In this document: in pieces, positions 31,493-41,345 of the stretch | Numbering within the stretch: position 1 is the first letter of the stretch | How the letters are laid out: every line of letters begins with the position of its first letter | DNA from: Alphaproteobacteria bacterium | GTDB taxonomy: Bacteria > Myxococcota_A > UBA796 > CAJQPC01 | Direction: 5' to 3' | Length of the DNA: 64,000 nt | Assembly: GCA_020632795.1 (NCBI GenBank) | Contig: JACKEV010000010.1 | Span: 95,127-159,126 of the forward strand | The notes under the pieces: model-generated | The model's database searches: none | What the model saw: only the letters and a program-made list of their open reading frames with translations | What the model was told of the DNA's origin: nothing | Position numbers and translations under genes: made by a program

Positions 31493-32027
31493 CATGGCCC
31501 TCTCCTCCCCTTGCTCTGTGTACCTTCTGGCCCTGCTCGGCACCCTGGCCGCCACGCCGGCCTTCGCCGGCATCAGCGTCGGCCACCCCTCGGTCACCCT
31601 CGCGTCCGCCGACACCTCGGACGTCAAGGAGGTCTTCCTGCCCCTCGACGAGATCCGCCTCGTCAGCCCGACCTCGCAGACCCACACGATCCAGGTGGAC
31701 GACACCCTCGACCTGATCGCGGGCGAGGACGTCACCCTGCCCGTCGGCACCTGGGACGAGATGACCCTCTATCTGTCCGGCGACGTCGAGATCACGCTGA
31801 TCTCCCCCACCGAGCAGGAGGTGGACTACACCCTGACCCTCGGGCAGCTCCCGGTGGACCTCGGGGACGGCCTGGAGGTCAACACCTCGGGCGCCGCGAT
31901 GATGGTGCTCGTGCTCGACGCCGAGGTCCTCGAGGACGCCGCCGCGCTGAGCGATGCGGACCCTTGCGCGGCCGAGGCGCTGCTGGAGGACGCCCTGCTG
32001 GTCGACATCAAGCTCATCCCGGAGTAG
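31493..32027 (+). CDS. Small secreted protein
   Basis: MALSSPCSVYLLALLGTLAATPAFAG is a signal peptide. The ORF-track start at 31359 is likely too early. Confidence 0.45.
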
Positions 32028-32090
32028 GCTCGGCTCCGGCCTTTTCCCCTGGGGGCGGGCGTGCCCGGGCCCGCCCCCTGGAGCCCCGCC

Positions 32091-33104
32091 ATGAGCCTGC
32101 CTCGGATCTTCGACTACGATCACCACCAGACCTTCCTGGCCGAATGGTTCGAGGCCAGAAAGAAGAAGCGCTCCGGCTACTCTCACGCCGTGTTCGCGCG
32201 CGAGGCGGGCCTGGGGAACCGCGCCGCGCTCCTCCAGGTGATCCAGGGGCAGATCACCTTCTCCCAGGCGCTGCTCGCCGGGTTCACCCTGGCCATCGGC
32301 CTGGAGGGCCCCGAGGCCGAGTACCTCGGGGTCTTCGCCGAGATCGATCAGCTCGAACGCCAGGAGGCGCGCCAGCGGCGCCGCGTGGAGGCCACGCGGG
32401 AGACCGTGCGCGATCGGCGCCGATCGGGGGCCGCCGTCGAGCGCAAGCTGCGCACCCGCTTGATGGCGCACGAAGACGCCCTGGAGGAGACCCGGGCGCA
32501 GCTCTCTCGCGCCCGCTCCCGCCGCCGGGTGCTCAAGCTGCTGCACGGCCCGCCGTCCCTGGACGAGGACAGCCCGACGGTCTTGAAGGCGTGGCACTAC
32601 GCCGCGATCTCCGAGCTGAGCCGCTGCGCGGGCTTCACCCGCGACCCGGACCTCATCCGCCAGGCGCTGCACGGAGAGGTGAGCCGGGAGGAGGTCGAGC
32701 TGGCCCTGGCCGAGCTGGCCGCGAAGGGGGAGCTGGCCGACCAGCCCGCCGAGGCCGGCCCTGTGCGCCCCGACATCCTCGTCACCAACCCGGACGTCAC
32801 CATCGCGTTCACCGAGGCCTACTACCGCGGCATGATGGCGCTGGCCGACGCGTCGATGGCCCGCCTGCTGAACCCGAGCGAGAACGCCTACAACCAGCGC
32901 TGCCGCCTGGGCATGCTCACCGTGGCCGTGCAGCCTGACGCCCTCGCCGAGGTGCGGGCGCTGTTCGATGCGTTCAGGGAGCAGCTCCACGACGCCCTGG
33001 AGCGCGCCGAGGGGCCTCCGAAGGAGGTCGTTCAGGTGCTCTTCCACCTCTTCCCCCTCAGCGACGGGCTGGTCCCCGTCACGGAGACGCCGGACGAGGC
33101 GTGA
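32091..33104 (+). CDS. TIGR02147-family protein (putative HTH regulator)
   Basis: MSLPRIFDYDHHQTFLAEWFEARKKKRSGYSHAVFAREAGLGNRAALLQVIQGQ is typical of the TIGR02147 / Fibrobacter-type HTH family. Confidence 0.5.
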   Translation: MSLPRIFDYDHHQTFLAEWFEARKKKRSGYSHAVFAREAGLGNRAALLQVIQGQITFSQALLAGFTLAIGLEGPEAEYLGVFAEIDQLERQEARQRRRVEATRETVRDRRRSGAAVERKLRTRLMAHEDALEETRAQLSRARSRRRVLKLLHGPPSLDEDSPTVLKAWHYAAISELSRCAGFTRDPDLIRQALHGEVSREEVELALAELAAKGELADQPAEAGPVRPDILVTNPDVTIAFTEAYYRGMMALADASMARLLNPSENAYNQRCRLGMLTVAVQPDALAEVRALFDAFREQLHDALERAEGPPKEVVQVLFHLFPLSDGLVPVTETPDEA

Positions 33105-33552
33105 GCAGCAGGCGGCGCCCGTCGTCCAGCCGCGCGCGGAGCATCGCGGGCGGTGCCTCCAGGTCGTCCAGCTCCACGGTCTCCCCCTGAGAAAGCCGGA
33201 TCTCCCTGCCCGATACAGACAACCAGAGGGCGTCGCCGCCCGCCTCCAGCACCGCGACCGTGCGCCCCGTGATGGAGAGGCCCAGGCCCACCGCCCAGCC
33301 CGCGACCGTGTAGCGTACCGGGAAGCGGCGCGCCTCTGGCGGCGCTGCGGCGAGGATGCGCTCGCTGACCGTCACGGTCTGCACCTCGACCTCATCAACT
33401 GTGTCATATTGCCCGCCCGCGGCGGCCGCTTCGGCCAGCTCCCGAGCCTCTCGGGCCCGCCCGGCGCCCCTCGCCAGCGCAGAGAAGTCCGCCATCGGGT
33501 GCTCGTCCTCCAGCTCGCCCGCGAACAGGCGCTCCAGCTCCTCGCGCGTCAT
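33079..33552 (-). CDS. Hypothetical protein (possible anti-sigma partner)
   Basis: Coupled to the upstream sigma-like gene by an ATGA overlap at 33549-33552. Confidence 0.35.
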   Translation of the reverse strand: MTREELERLFAGELEDEHPMADFSALARGAGRAREARELAEAAAAGGQYDTVDEVEVQTVTVSERILAAAPPEARRFPVRYTVAGWAVGLGLSITGRTVAVLEAGGDALWLSVSGREIRLSQGETVELDDLEAPPAMLRARLDDGRRLLLTPRPASP

Positions 33553-34610
33553 CGGTCCTCCTCGCCAGGCTCAGGCAGGCATTCCAGCAGCATGGCGCCG
33601 ACCTGCTCCAGCAGGATCTTGCCCGGCCTCGCGGTGGGCTTCGGGCCGCCCAGCTCAGCCGCCAGGGCGCCGAGCACGCGCGCGGCACAGCCCTTGACGG
33701 CCTCGCAGACCCGGGGGGGTGTCTTGTAGCTGGGGTGGGCCTCCAGGATCTCTGCGAGGGTGCGCCCCTCGGCGACGAGCCGGAGGAGCGCGCGGTCCTC
33801 GGCGTCCAGGCGCGCCCAGACCCGCTCCACCGCGCGGCGGACCGCGACCTGCTCGTCGGGCCCGAGCTCATCGTGCACCTCGATGTCCTGCGGGCCGTCC
33901 AGCACCTCGCTGAGCAGCGCGGTGACGCGCTCCTGCGTAGCGACCCCCAGCCGCTCGAGGGCTGCCGGGACCAGCAGGGCGACCTGGGCCGGCTCGCGGA
34001 TGGCGTCGGAGGCGTTCCTCAGGGCACGCAGCTCCTCGGTCAGGTTCCCGGAGGCGGGCCGAACGACCCTCAAGCCTCGGGGCAGCCGCCAGGTGGGCTG
34101 CCCGTGCTCGGCGGGTGGGCCAGGCACCGCGACGGCCTGGAGGTGGCGGCCGACGGCGTGGTCCAGCCAGGCGAGCCAGCGCAGGCGATCCGAGCGCCGC
34201 AGGTTCTTCTCGTACTGGAGCTGCATCTCGTATCGGGTGAGCGAGCGGCGGGGCTGGTAGAAGGTCAGGTTGTGGATGCGTGGCCCGGGGAAGCAGCCGT
34301 CGTCGTCGGGGCGTCGCAGCGCCGGGGGCAGGCCGTCGGCGTAGCGGTGGAACGGCACCGCGCGGCAGAAGGGATAGCGGGGCATGGGGGTGCAGGCGCA
34401 GCGCTCGAAGACCCGGGTGACGAGATCCTCGACGCTCTCCGCGTCCTTCAGGTGGAGGGGGAACCAGCTCGCCGGGTAGCGCCAGGCCACCGCCGCGACG
34501 TGCCGCCGGAAGCCCTCCAGCAGCTCGGCGGCGAAGCGCTCGTCCTCGTGGACGAAGCCTCGGATCCAGCTCGGCCAGGGGTCGATGGCGGTGTGGGGTC
34601 TCATGGGCAT
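33549..34610 (-). CDS. Putative sigma-70 region-4-like regulator
   Basis: The C-terminal RLDAEDRALLRLVAEGRTLAEILEA looks like a sigma region 4 / LuxR-type HTH. Confidence 0.35.
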   Translation of the reverse strand: MPMRPHTAIDPWPSWIRGFVHEDERFAAELLEGFRRHVAAVAWRYPASWFPLHLKDAESVEDLVTRVFERCACTPMPRYPFCRAVPFHRYADGLPPALRRPDDDGCFPGPRIHNLTFYQPRRSLTRYEMQLQYEKNLRRSDRLRWLAWLDHAVGRHLQAVAVPGPPAEHGQPTWRLPRGLRVVRPASGNLTEELRALRNASDAIREPAQVALLVPAALERLGVATQERVTALLSEVLDGPQDIEVHDELGPDEQVAVRRAVERVWARLDAEDRALLRLVAEGRTLAEILEAHPSYKTPPRVCEAVKGCAARVLGALAAELGGPKPTARPGKILLEQVGAMLLECLPEPGEEDR

Positions 34611-34848
34611 GACCTGTCGGGTTGGGGCTTGATGCCGATGCGTCCGTCCTGACTGCTTCGCAGACTACCCGAGCGCGCCGCCGATGTCTCGCGCGGGGGG
34701 GCCCGACCGTTTCTGAGTTGAAAACGCGCGCTCACGGCCGGATGGAGACAGGGCGGGGGCTCGCGGCTACAGTCTCCTCGACGGACGCACCCCGGGTGCC
34801 GCCGCCCCGAAGTCAAACACCCGCGCCCCCCGCGGGAGGGAGGGAGAC

Positions 34849-36238
34849 TGTGTCTCGACGACTGCTCATCGCGCTCGCGCTCGCGGCGTCCCCCGCGCTC
34901 GCCCAGGGCAGCAAGGGCCTGACCCGCGCCTCCCAGAGCGCCGCGCCCCTGGGCGTTCGCGCGCTGTCCATCGGGGTGGGCGACTTCCCGAACCTGGAGG
35001 ACCGAGACGACCTGACCACCGCTGAGGCCGACGCCGCCCTGGTCGCGGAAGCCCTGGGTGCTGTGGTGCCCGCAGGGGGCATGACCGTGCTGACCGGCCC
35101 GCAGGCGCGCGCCGAGCGGGTGCGTCAGGAGCTGAGTGCGCTGCTGGACGGCACCCGCGAGGACGAAGCGGCGGTGATCTACTGGGCCACTCACGGCGCC
35201 GCCGTCGGTCGGCGGGGCTACCTCCTGGCGCAGGACAGCGTGCCCGAGGGGCGGCTGCCGTACACCGCCATCGCGCTGACCTGGCTGGGCGAGCAGCTCG
35301 CGAAGAGCCGCGCGGGCCAGGTCCTGCTCTTCCTGGACGCCGTGCATCAGGAGCTGGAGGGCCCAAAGGGCCTGCTGACCGGCCCGGCGTCGCCCATCAA
35401 CCCTCTGCTGGGCGCCCTCGCGGACGCCCGGGAGGGCGTCTTCGTCATGACCTCGAGCAGGCCCCGCGAGTCGATTTCGGGCGGGGGCGGGGCCTGCTCG
35501 GGGCATGGACCCTTCGCCTGCGCCCTGGCCCAGGCGCTCCAAGGGGCCGCCGACCTCGATCAGGACGGGCGGGTGGAGCTGGGCGAGCTGGCCCAGGGCA
35601 TGCCCCGGACCGTGGAGGCCGTCGCCGATGTCCCGCTCACCCCCACCAGCACGGGGCGCTACGTCTCGGATCTGGCGTTTCCTGCGGTGGTGCCGGCGAC
35701 CACGACGGTGGCGCGTGCGACCCGTCCCGAGGCGCTCGAGGTCTGCTTCGAATCCAACGGCCGGGACGTGCCCGCCGACCACATCTTCGCCACCGGTGAC
35801 ACCCTGGCCTTGAGCCTGACCGTGCCCGCCGACGGCCACCTCTACATCATCGCCACCGACGACAGCGGCGCGCTGGTGCCCGCCTTCCCCCTGCCCGGGG
35901 AGTCGAGCCGGGTGTCCCGGGGCGCGACCGTACGCCTTCCGCCACCCGAGCAGCAGGACCCGCTGGTCTTCGTGCCCCCGGCCGAGCCCGAGGAGCTGTA
36001 CCTGCTGTGGTCTGCAGAGCCCATCGCCGAGGGCGCCCAGGTCGCCTCGGCCTGGCGCGCGGCGGTGGAGGGCAGCCAGGTGGCGACCAACACCTCGTAC
36101 GGAGCCAAGGGCCTGATGCGCCCCAGCCAGCAGGTCGACCAGGGGCCGCGGCGGTGCAGCGAGTACACGCCCAAGGGGGATGACGGTCTGTGGGTCATCG
36201 ACCTCGTGCTGAACCACGTCGACGGGAGGGTGCGATGA
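34849..36238 (+). CDS. Caspase-like pseudo-protease (Cys replaced by Val) with a DUF4384-like C-terminus
   Basis: GTG start preceded by GGAGGGAGGGAG. Signal peptide RRLLIALALAASPALAQG. IYWATHGA keeps the His; LFLDAVHQE has Val at the Cys position. The C-terminal PADGHLYIIATDDSGALVPAFP is DUF4384-like. Confidence 0.65.
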
Positions 36239-36651
36239 GCTGGCCCCGAACCGTCGCTCTGGCTGCTCTGGCCGGCTGCTACGACCCCATCTACGGGGTG
36301 CCCGCCGACACGAGCGGCACCTCGGTGCCCGCCGTCGACGACCCCACCTGGACCGAGCACGTCGGCCCCACCTTCGCCAAGGGCTGCGGCGAGGGCTGTC
36401 ATGGCGGAGCGACCCCCGCCGCCGGTCTGACCATCGCCTACGAGGGCCTGGTGGATGTGCCCGCCGGGCAGCTCCCCGCCATGCCCCTGGTCACCCCGGG
36501 CGATCCCACACAGAGCTACCTCTGGCACAAGCTGGAGGGCACCCACGAGGAGGTCGGCGGCTCCGGTAGCCGCATGCCCCTGGGCCTGCCGCCGGGCGAG
36601 GCCGAGCTGGACCTCATCGCCACCTGGATCACCAACGACGCGCCGGAGTAG
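36235..36651 (+). CDS. PSCyt-type (Planctomycete cytochrome-c-like) small lipoprotein
   Basis: ATGA overlap with the upstream gene, GGGAGGG RBS. LAALAGC lipobox. GCGEGCHGG...PGDPTQSYLWHKL...MPLGLPPGEAELDLIATWITN matches the PSCyt1 pattern. Confidence 0.5.
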   Translation: MSWPRTVALAALAGCYDPIYGVPADTSGTSVPAVDDPTWTEHVGPTFAKGCGEGCHGGATPAAGLTIAYEGLVDVPAGQLPAMPLVTPGDPTQSYLWHKLEGTHEEVGGSGSRMPLGLPPGEAELDLIATWITNDAPE

Positions 36652-36655
36652 GGCC

Positions 36656-37522
36656 ATGCTGCTGAGCCTCCTTCTGTTCGGGAACACCGCTCTGGCCACC
36701 GTGGATGAGGCCTGCCTGGGCCTCGCCCGCCCCGACGACTATGACGAGCAGACCCAGGCGGACTTCCTCAACAACGCCGTGGCCCTGGCCTCGACCCTCT
36801 CACCCCTGCACGGCCCCGTGCCCCACGCGGCCGGGCGCGGATCGGTGGGGCTGGATCTCGCGGTCATCCCCCCGCTGGGCTGCCGTCACCGCATGGTGCT
36901 GGACTGGACCAAGTCCGAGGACACCAACAAGTCCCCGGTCCTGCCCCGCCCCCGGATGACCTTCGCGTTCAACCCCATCGCCGGGCGGCTGTTCCCGTAC
37001 GGTGGCGTGGCCTTCGTGCCGCCGGTCCCGGTGGCCGGGGTGCGCAGCGTGGTCGCGTCGGTCGAGGCCGGGGTGGGGGTGTATGTGGGGCAGCACGCCC
37101 AGCTCGGGGTGCGGGTCCACGGCACCCTCCAGACCGTGCTGGGGGACGTCGCGACGTCCTTTGAGGAGGACGGCCCGGTGGTCGAGGATCTGTATGTGGC
37201 GACGAGCCAGGGGGTCGACGTGATGCTCGGCTGGGAGCTGGAGCGGGTCACGCCGTACCTGGCGCTGGGCTACGCGGACGTGGGGACGTTCTTCTGGATC
37301 GGCGACGACGCCTACGTCAGCAACAACCTCCACCCCTACCTCGGCCCGGCCGCGTCATTGGGGGCGGACGCGCTCTTGTTCGACCGGCTGCGGCTGGCCG
37401 GGGAGCTGTACGCCGCGCCCGGGGGGCACACCACCCCTCGGGACAACATCGAGTCCCTGCCGGGCTTCGGCCGCTACGGCCACCTCTACACCGCGCGCCT
37501 GCGCATCGCATACGAACTCTGA
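36656..37522 (+). CDS. Secreted hypothetical protein (possible outer-membrane beta-barrel)
   Basis: MLLSLLLFGNTALA is a signal peptide. Alternating amphipathic strands; the ORF track's earlier start at 36455 is not supported. Confidence 0.45.
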   Translation: MLLSLLLFGNTALATVDEACLGLARPDDYDEQTQADFLNNAVALASTLSPLHGPVPHAAGRGSVGLDLAVIPPLGCRHRMVLDWTKSEDTNKSPVLPRPRMTFAFNPIAGRLFPYGGVAFVPPVPVAGVRSVVASVEAGVGVYVGQHAQLGVRVHGTLQTVLGDVATSFEEDGPVVEDLYVATSQGVDVMLGWELERVTPYLALGYADVGTFFWIGDDAYVSNNLHPYLGPAASLGADALLFDRLRLAGELYAAPGGHTTPRDNIESLPGFGRYGHLYTARLRIAYEL

Positions 37523-37544
37523 TCCCCCTTGAGGAGGACAATCA

Positions 37545-39385
37545 TGAACAAGTCATTCGCGATTGCAGGCATGCTGCTGCTGAGCGCCTGCGACTGCTAC
37601 TCCAACCGCTTCCCCGGAAGCTGCGCGACAGAGGACCCCACCTCCTCGACCCCGGCGGACGACTCGGCCTCCTGCGATGCCCTCGCCGCCGAGGCCCTGA
37701 CCGTCCTGAGCACCCACTGCGCGGGGTGTCACGCCAACGGGCGCGCCGAGGGCGGCTTTGACTATCTCCTGGACGTCGACAAGCTCGTCGAGCTGAACAA
37801 GGTCCGCTCCGGAGACCCGGAGGGCTCCGCCCTGTTCAACCGGATGGCCAGCGGCTCGATGCCGCCGTACGGGGAGGGGCCCTCCGACGCGGAGATCGAA
37901 GCAGTGCGAGGCTGGATCGCGTGCGGCGTGGACGCGGCCGCGCCGGAGCGGGCCTTCGTCCCCAACGAGACCGTGTTCAGTTGGATGGCCGAGGATCTGC
38001 GCGGGATCCAGGAGCCTGAGCGGATCTACATCCGCTACATCAGCCTGGTACATCTGTGGAACGCCGGGGTCGCCGAGGGGCGGCTGGACACCTACCGGGC
38101 GGGGCTGGCCAAGCTCCTGAACCACCTGTCCTGGATGCCGCGCATCACGAACCCCACGCCGGTCGACGCGGACGCGCTGCTCTACCGCATCGACCTGCGG
38201 GACTACCGCTGGCAGGCGACGACCGAGGACCCCGTCGACGCCTGGGAGACCGTGGTCGCCCGCGACCCCTACGCCTTCGCATACGACGACGCGGACTTCC
38301 GCTTCGTGGTCGAGAACACGGCGGCCCGGCAGCCCCTGCTGCACGCCGACTGGCTGGTCGCGGCGGTCGCCGTGCCCCCCCTCTACCACCGCGTCCTGGA
38401 TCTGCCGGCCCGCCAGGCCGACTTCCTGACCCTGTTCGGGGTGGATCAAGCACAGAACGTCGCGGACGCGGTGGTCGATCGCATGGGCTTCCAGCAGTCC
38501 GGGGTCTCGGACAACAACCGCGTCATCGAGCGCCACGACGCCGACTACGGCTACTGCTGGACCAGCTACGACTTCGGCGGCAACGGCGGCGCCCAGAACA
38601 TCCTGGCCGACCCGCTGGGCTTCCGCCCGGACGGCGGCGAGCTGTTCTGCAGCCTGCCCAACCACCTCCAGGCCTACCTGCTGGCCAACGCGGCCGGCGA
38701 CCGCCTGGACGTCGGCCCCGACCACATCGTGTACGACAACCTGCACGATCGGGAGGTGGTCAACGGCCTGGGCTGCATGACCTGTCACACCCGGGGCATC
38801 CTCCCCAAGGACGACCAGGTGCTGCCCTATGTGCTCGACAACGAGCACCTGTTCACCCCCCAGGAGTTGGAGCGCATCACCCTGCTCTACCCCCCCAACG
38901 ACGAGGGCCGCGCGCTCCAGGCCGCCGACCAGGCCTCCTTCCTGGAGGCGCTGGACCTCACTGGCGCCCCCCAAGCCTACGAGACCGAGCAGGTGTTCGC
39001 CCTGAGCGAGGCCTTCGCCGACGACCTCGACCTGGCCCGCGCCGCCGCAGAGGTGGGCCTGACGCCGGAGGAGCTGGAGGACCGCATCCCCTACTTCTCC
39101 GACGACGTGAAGCGGGAGCTGAACAACCTGCTCTCCCCCGGCGGGACCGTGCAGCGGGGCATCTTCCTGGGGCTGGCCCGGGAGGTCATCTGTGTGGTCG
39201 AGGGGGCCGCGGACAGCGACGGGGCGTGTCTGGATGTCGAGGGGGCCTGTGGGGCGGCGGGGGTGGCTTGCCTGGAGGGGCAGGGGTGTGTGTCCGCGCA
39301 TGAGGCGGACGCGGGGGCGTGTGTGCGCTGCGCGGTGTTGGGGGGAGCGTCGGTGAGCCTCGATCTCGATGGACAGGGTTGTTGA
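37545..39385 (+). CDS. Heme-binding lipoprotein, PSCyt-type cytochrome-c domain family
   Basis: Lipobox LLLSAC. CAGCH at residue ~60 is a CxxCH heme-binding motif; the second CxxCH-like site CMTCH follows. The N-terminal domain is PSCyt1-like (GGFDYLLD...MPP...WIACG). Confidence 0.55.
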
Positions 39386-39493
39386 GGGCTGACACAGGAT
39401 CACGACGCAGTATCCAGAGTGCACATCCGCCACAAATATTCAACGACCTCGACCAACGATAATAGAGGACTCTCCTGACACCGGAGAACGACC

Positions 39494-41113
39494 ATGAAAT
39501 CGTGCATCATTCTCGTCTTGCTCAACGGCTGCATCTTGTCCACGCTCAACAAGGACGCCCCGCCATCAGACGGCGGCGACGGCGATGGTGACGGTCAATC
39601 CGCCGTCGAGGCGGATGGTTCGGACTGCGACGACCTTGATCCGACCGTGTACGCCGGGGCACCGGAGATCTGCGACGACGGGAAGGTCAACGACTGCGTC
39701 GCCGAGCCCTGTGAGGCGGCCATCGCCTGCTGGGAGGAGACGACCAGCGAGAACGCTGATGCTTCCGTGATTGTCCCACCGAACGGTTCCGGTCAGGAGC
39801 ACCTCCGCATCGCGTCGGCCGGAGACCTGACCGGCGACGGCCACCGGGACATCCTCATCGGTTCGCCATTCCACGACGAGGACGGCAACGCAAACGTGGG
39901 CGCGGCGTTCCTCGTCGAGGGGCCGCTGTCGGGACAGATCGATCCGGCCACCGACGCGAACCGTCTTGTCGGAGCGGATGCCAACGTGAGGCTGGGCTCC
40001 GCCATCGCCACCGTGGGAGACGTGAACGGGGATGGCCATGACGATGTCCTCGTCGGGGCGTTGAACGACAGCTCCGCAGGCGAAGACGCCGGCGCAGTCC
40101 ACGTTCTGTGTCGGGGTGCCGATTGGACCGGGGCATCGCCCGGCACAGGCGTCAAGCTACTCGGAGAGGCGCCGGAAGACACCTTCGGGCACGCCCTGGC
40201 CGGGCTGGGGGATGGGAACGCCGATGGCCTGAACGACTTTGCGATCGGGGCCTGGTACCATGACGGGGCCAGCATCGACAACAGTGGCGCCGTCTACCTG
40301 ATTCATGGGAGGACTGGCTGGGGAGAAGCTGTCCACCAGCAGGTCTACCCGATCGAAGCGGTGGCCGACGCAAAGGTGTACGGCAAGTCCACGGGGGACG
40401 GCTTCGGCTTCTCCATGACCAATGCAGGGGATACCGACGGCGACGGGGTAGATGAGCTCCTGGTCGGCGCCCCGTTCGAGGATGGCGACGCCCGGCCGGA
40501 TGCAGGCGGGGCCTACCTCGTTCCGAGCGACCTCACCGGTGTTCATGTGGCCTCCGACGGCTTCGTCAGGCTCACCGGCGAGAATCAGGACGAAAACGCC
40601 GGGTTCGCGGTGGCCGGCCCTGGCGACGTCAACGCCGACGGCTATGACGACCTCTTCATCGGCGCAGACTCTGCCGGACCTGCAGGGGAAGGCGCTGCAT
40701 ACCTGCTCTTCGGCCCGACCCAGGGGCGCACGGGCCTGAAGGACGCCGCCACCACCTTCATCGGCGAGCACCCGGACTCCCGGGCCGGGTTCGCCCTATC
40801 CGGGGCCGGAGATGTGGATGGAGACGGCCTGCTGGACCTCCTCGTCGGCGCCAAGTGGGTGGACTACAGGACCACGGGTGTCGGTCGGACCTACCTGATC
40901 CTCTGCCCCTCGACCGGGACGGTGTACCTGTCCGATGTCACCTCCACCATCACCGGTGTCAAGGGGGGTGAGGAGCTCGGCGCATCTGTGGCCGGGGCCG
41001 GCGATCTGAACAACGACGGGCTTGATGACCTCTTGATTGCGGCGTGGGGAGACACAGATGGCTACAATGCTACGGGCGGCGTGGTCCACGTGTTCCACGG
41101 TCGATCCTTCTGA
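39494..41113 (+). CDS. FG-GAP repeat lipoprotein with one MopE-type motif
   Basis: MKSCIILVLLNGC lipobox. Contains GDLTGDGHRDILIGSP, GDVNGDGHDDVLVGA and further FG-GAP units. Confidence 0.7.
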   Translation: MKSCIILVLLNGCILSTLNKDAPPSDGGDGDGDGQSAVEADGSDCDDLDPTVYAGAPEICDDGKVNDCVAEPCEAAIACWEETTSENADASVIVPPNGSGQEHLRIASAGDLTGDGHRDILIGSPFHDEDGNANVGAAFLVEGPLSGQIDPATDANRLVGADANVRLGSAIATVGDVNGDGHDDVLVGALNDSSAGEDAGAVHVLCRGADWTGASPGTGVKLLGEAPEDTFGHALAGLGDGNADGLNDFAIGAWYHDGASIDNSGAVYLIHGRTGWGEAVHQQVYPIEAVADAKVYGKSTGDGFGFSMTNAGDTDGDGVDELLVGAPFEDGDARPDAGGAYLVPSDLTGVHVASDGFVRLTGENQDENAGFAVAGPGDVNADGYDDLFIGADSAGPAGEGAAYLLFGPTQGRTGLKDAATTFIGEHPDSRAGFALSGAGDVDGDGLLDLLVGAKWVDYRTTGVGRTYLILCPSTGTVYLSDVTSTITGVKGGEELGASVAGAGDLNNDGLDDLLIAAWGDTDGYNATGGVVHVFHGRSF

Positions 41114-41345
41114 CCCGACGGAGAGCCGAACCATCACTCCCCCCAATATCTGAATCAGAATTGGCTTTTCGCTGAGAAACAGAACCCACTTCGAGCCCTC
41201 ACCACCGCCGCACCAAAGGTGGTATACAGACAACCAAGTCGGGACGGGACGTTCGACAGCGCTCCAACGCGTGACACGCCGCTGAAGCGGCGCCGCTCAT
41301 GCCAGATACACAGAGCCTTCCTCCCCCAAGGGGTCGGGCTCCCAG

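Noticed and set aside
31317-33047. 576-aa minus ORF
   Set aside because: Antisense to the secreted protein and the TIGR02147 gene. Composition artefact.
36235-36300. GCGEGCH as a canonical CxxCH heme site
   Set aside because: The spacing is Cx3CH, not CxxCH. Kept only as PSCyt-like with reduced confidence.
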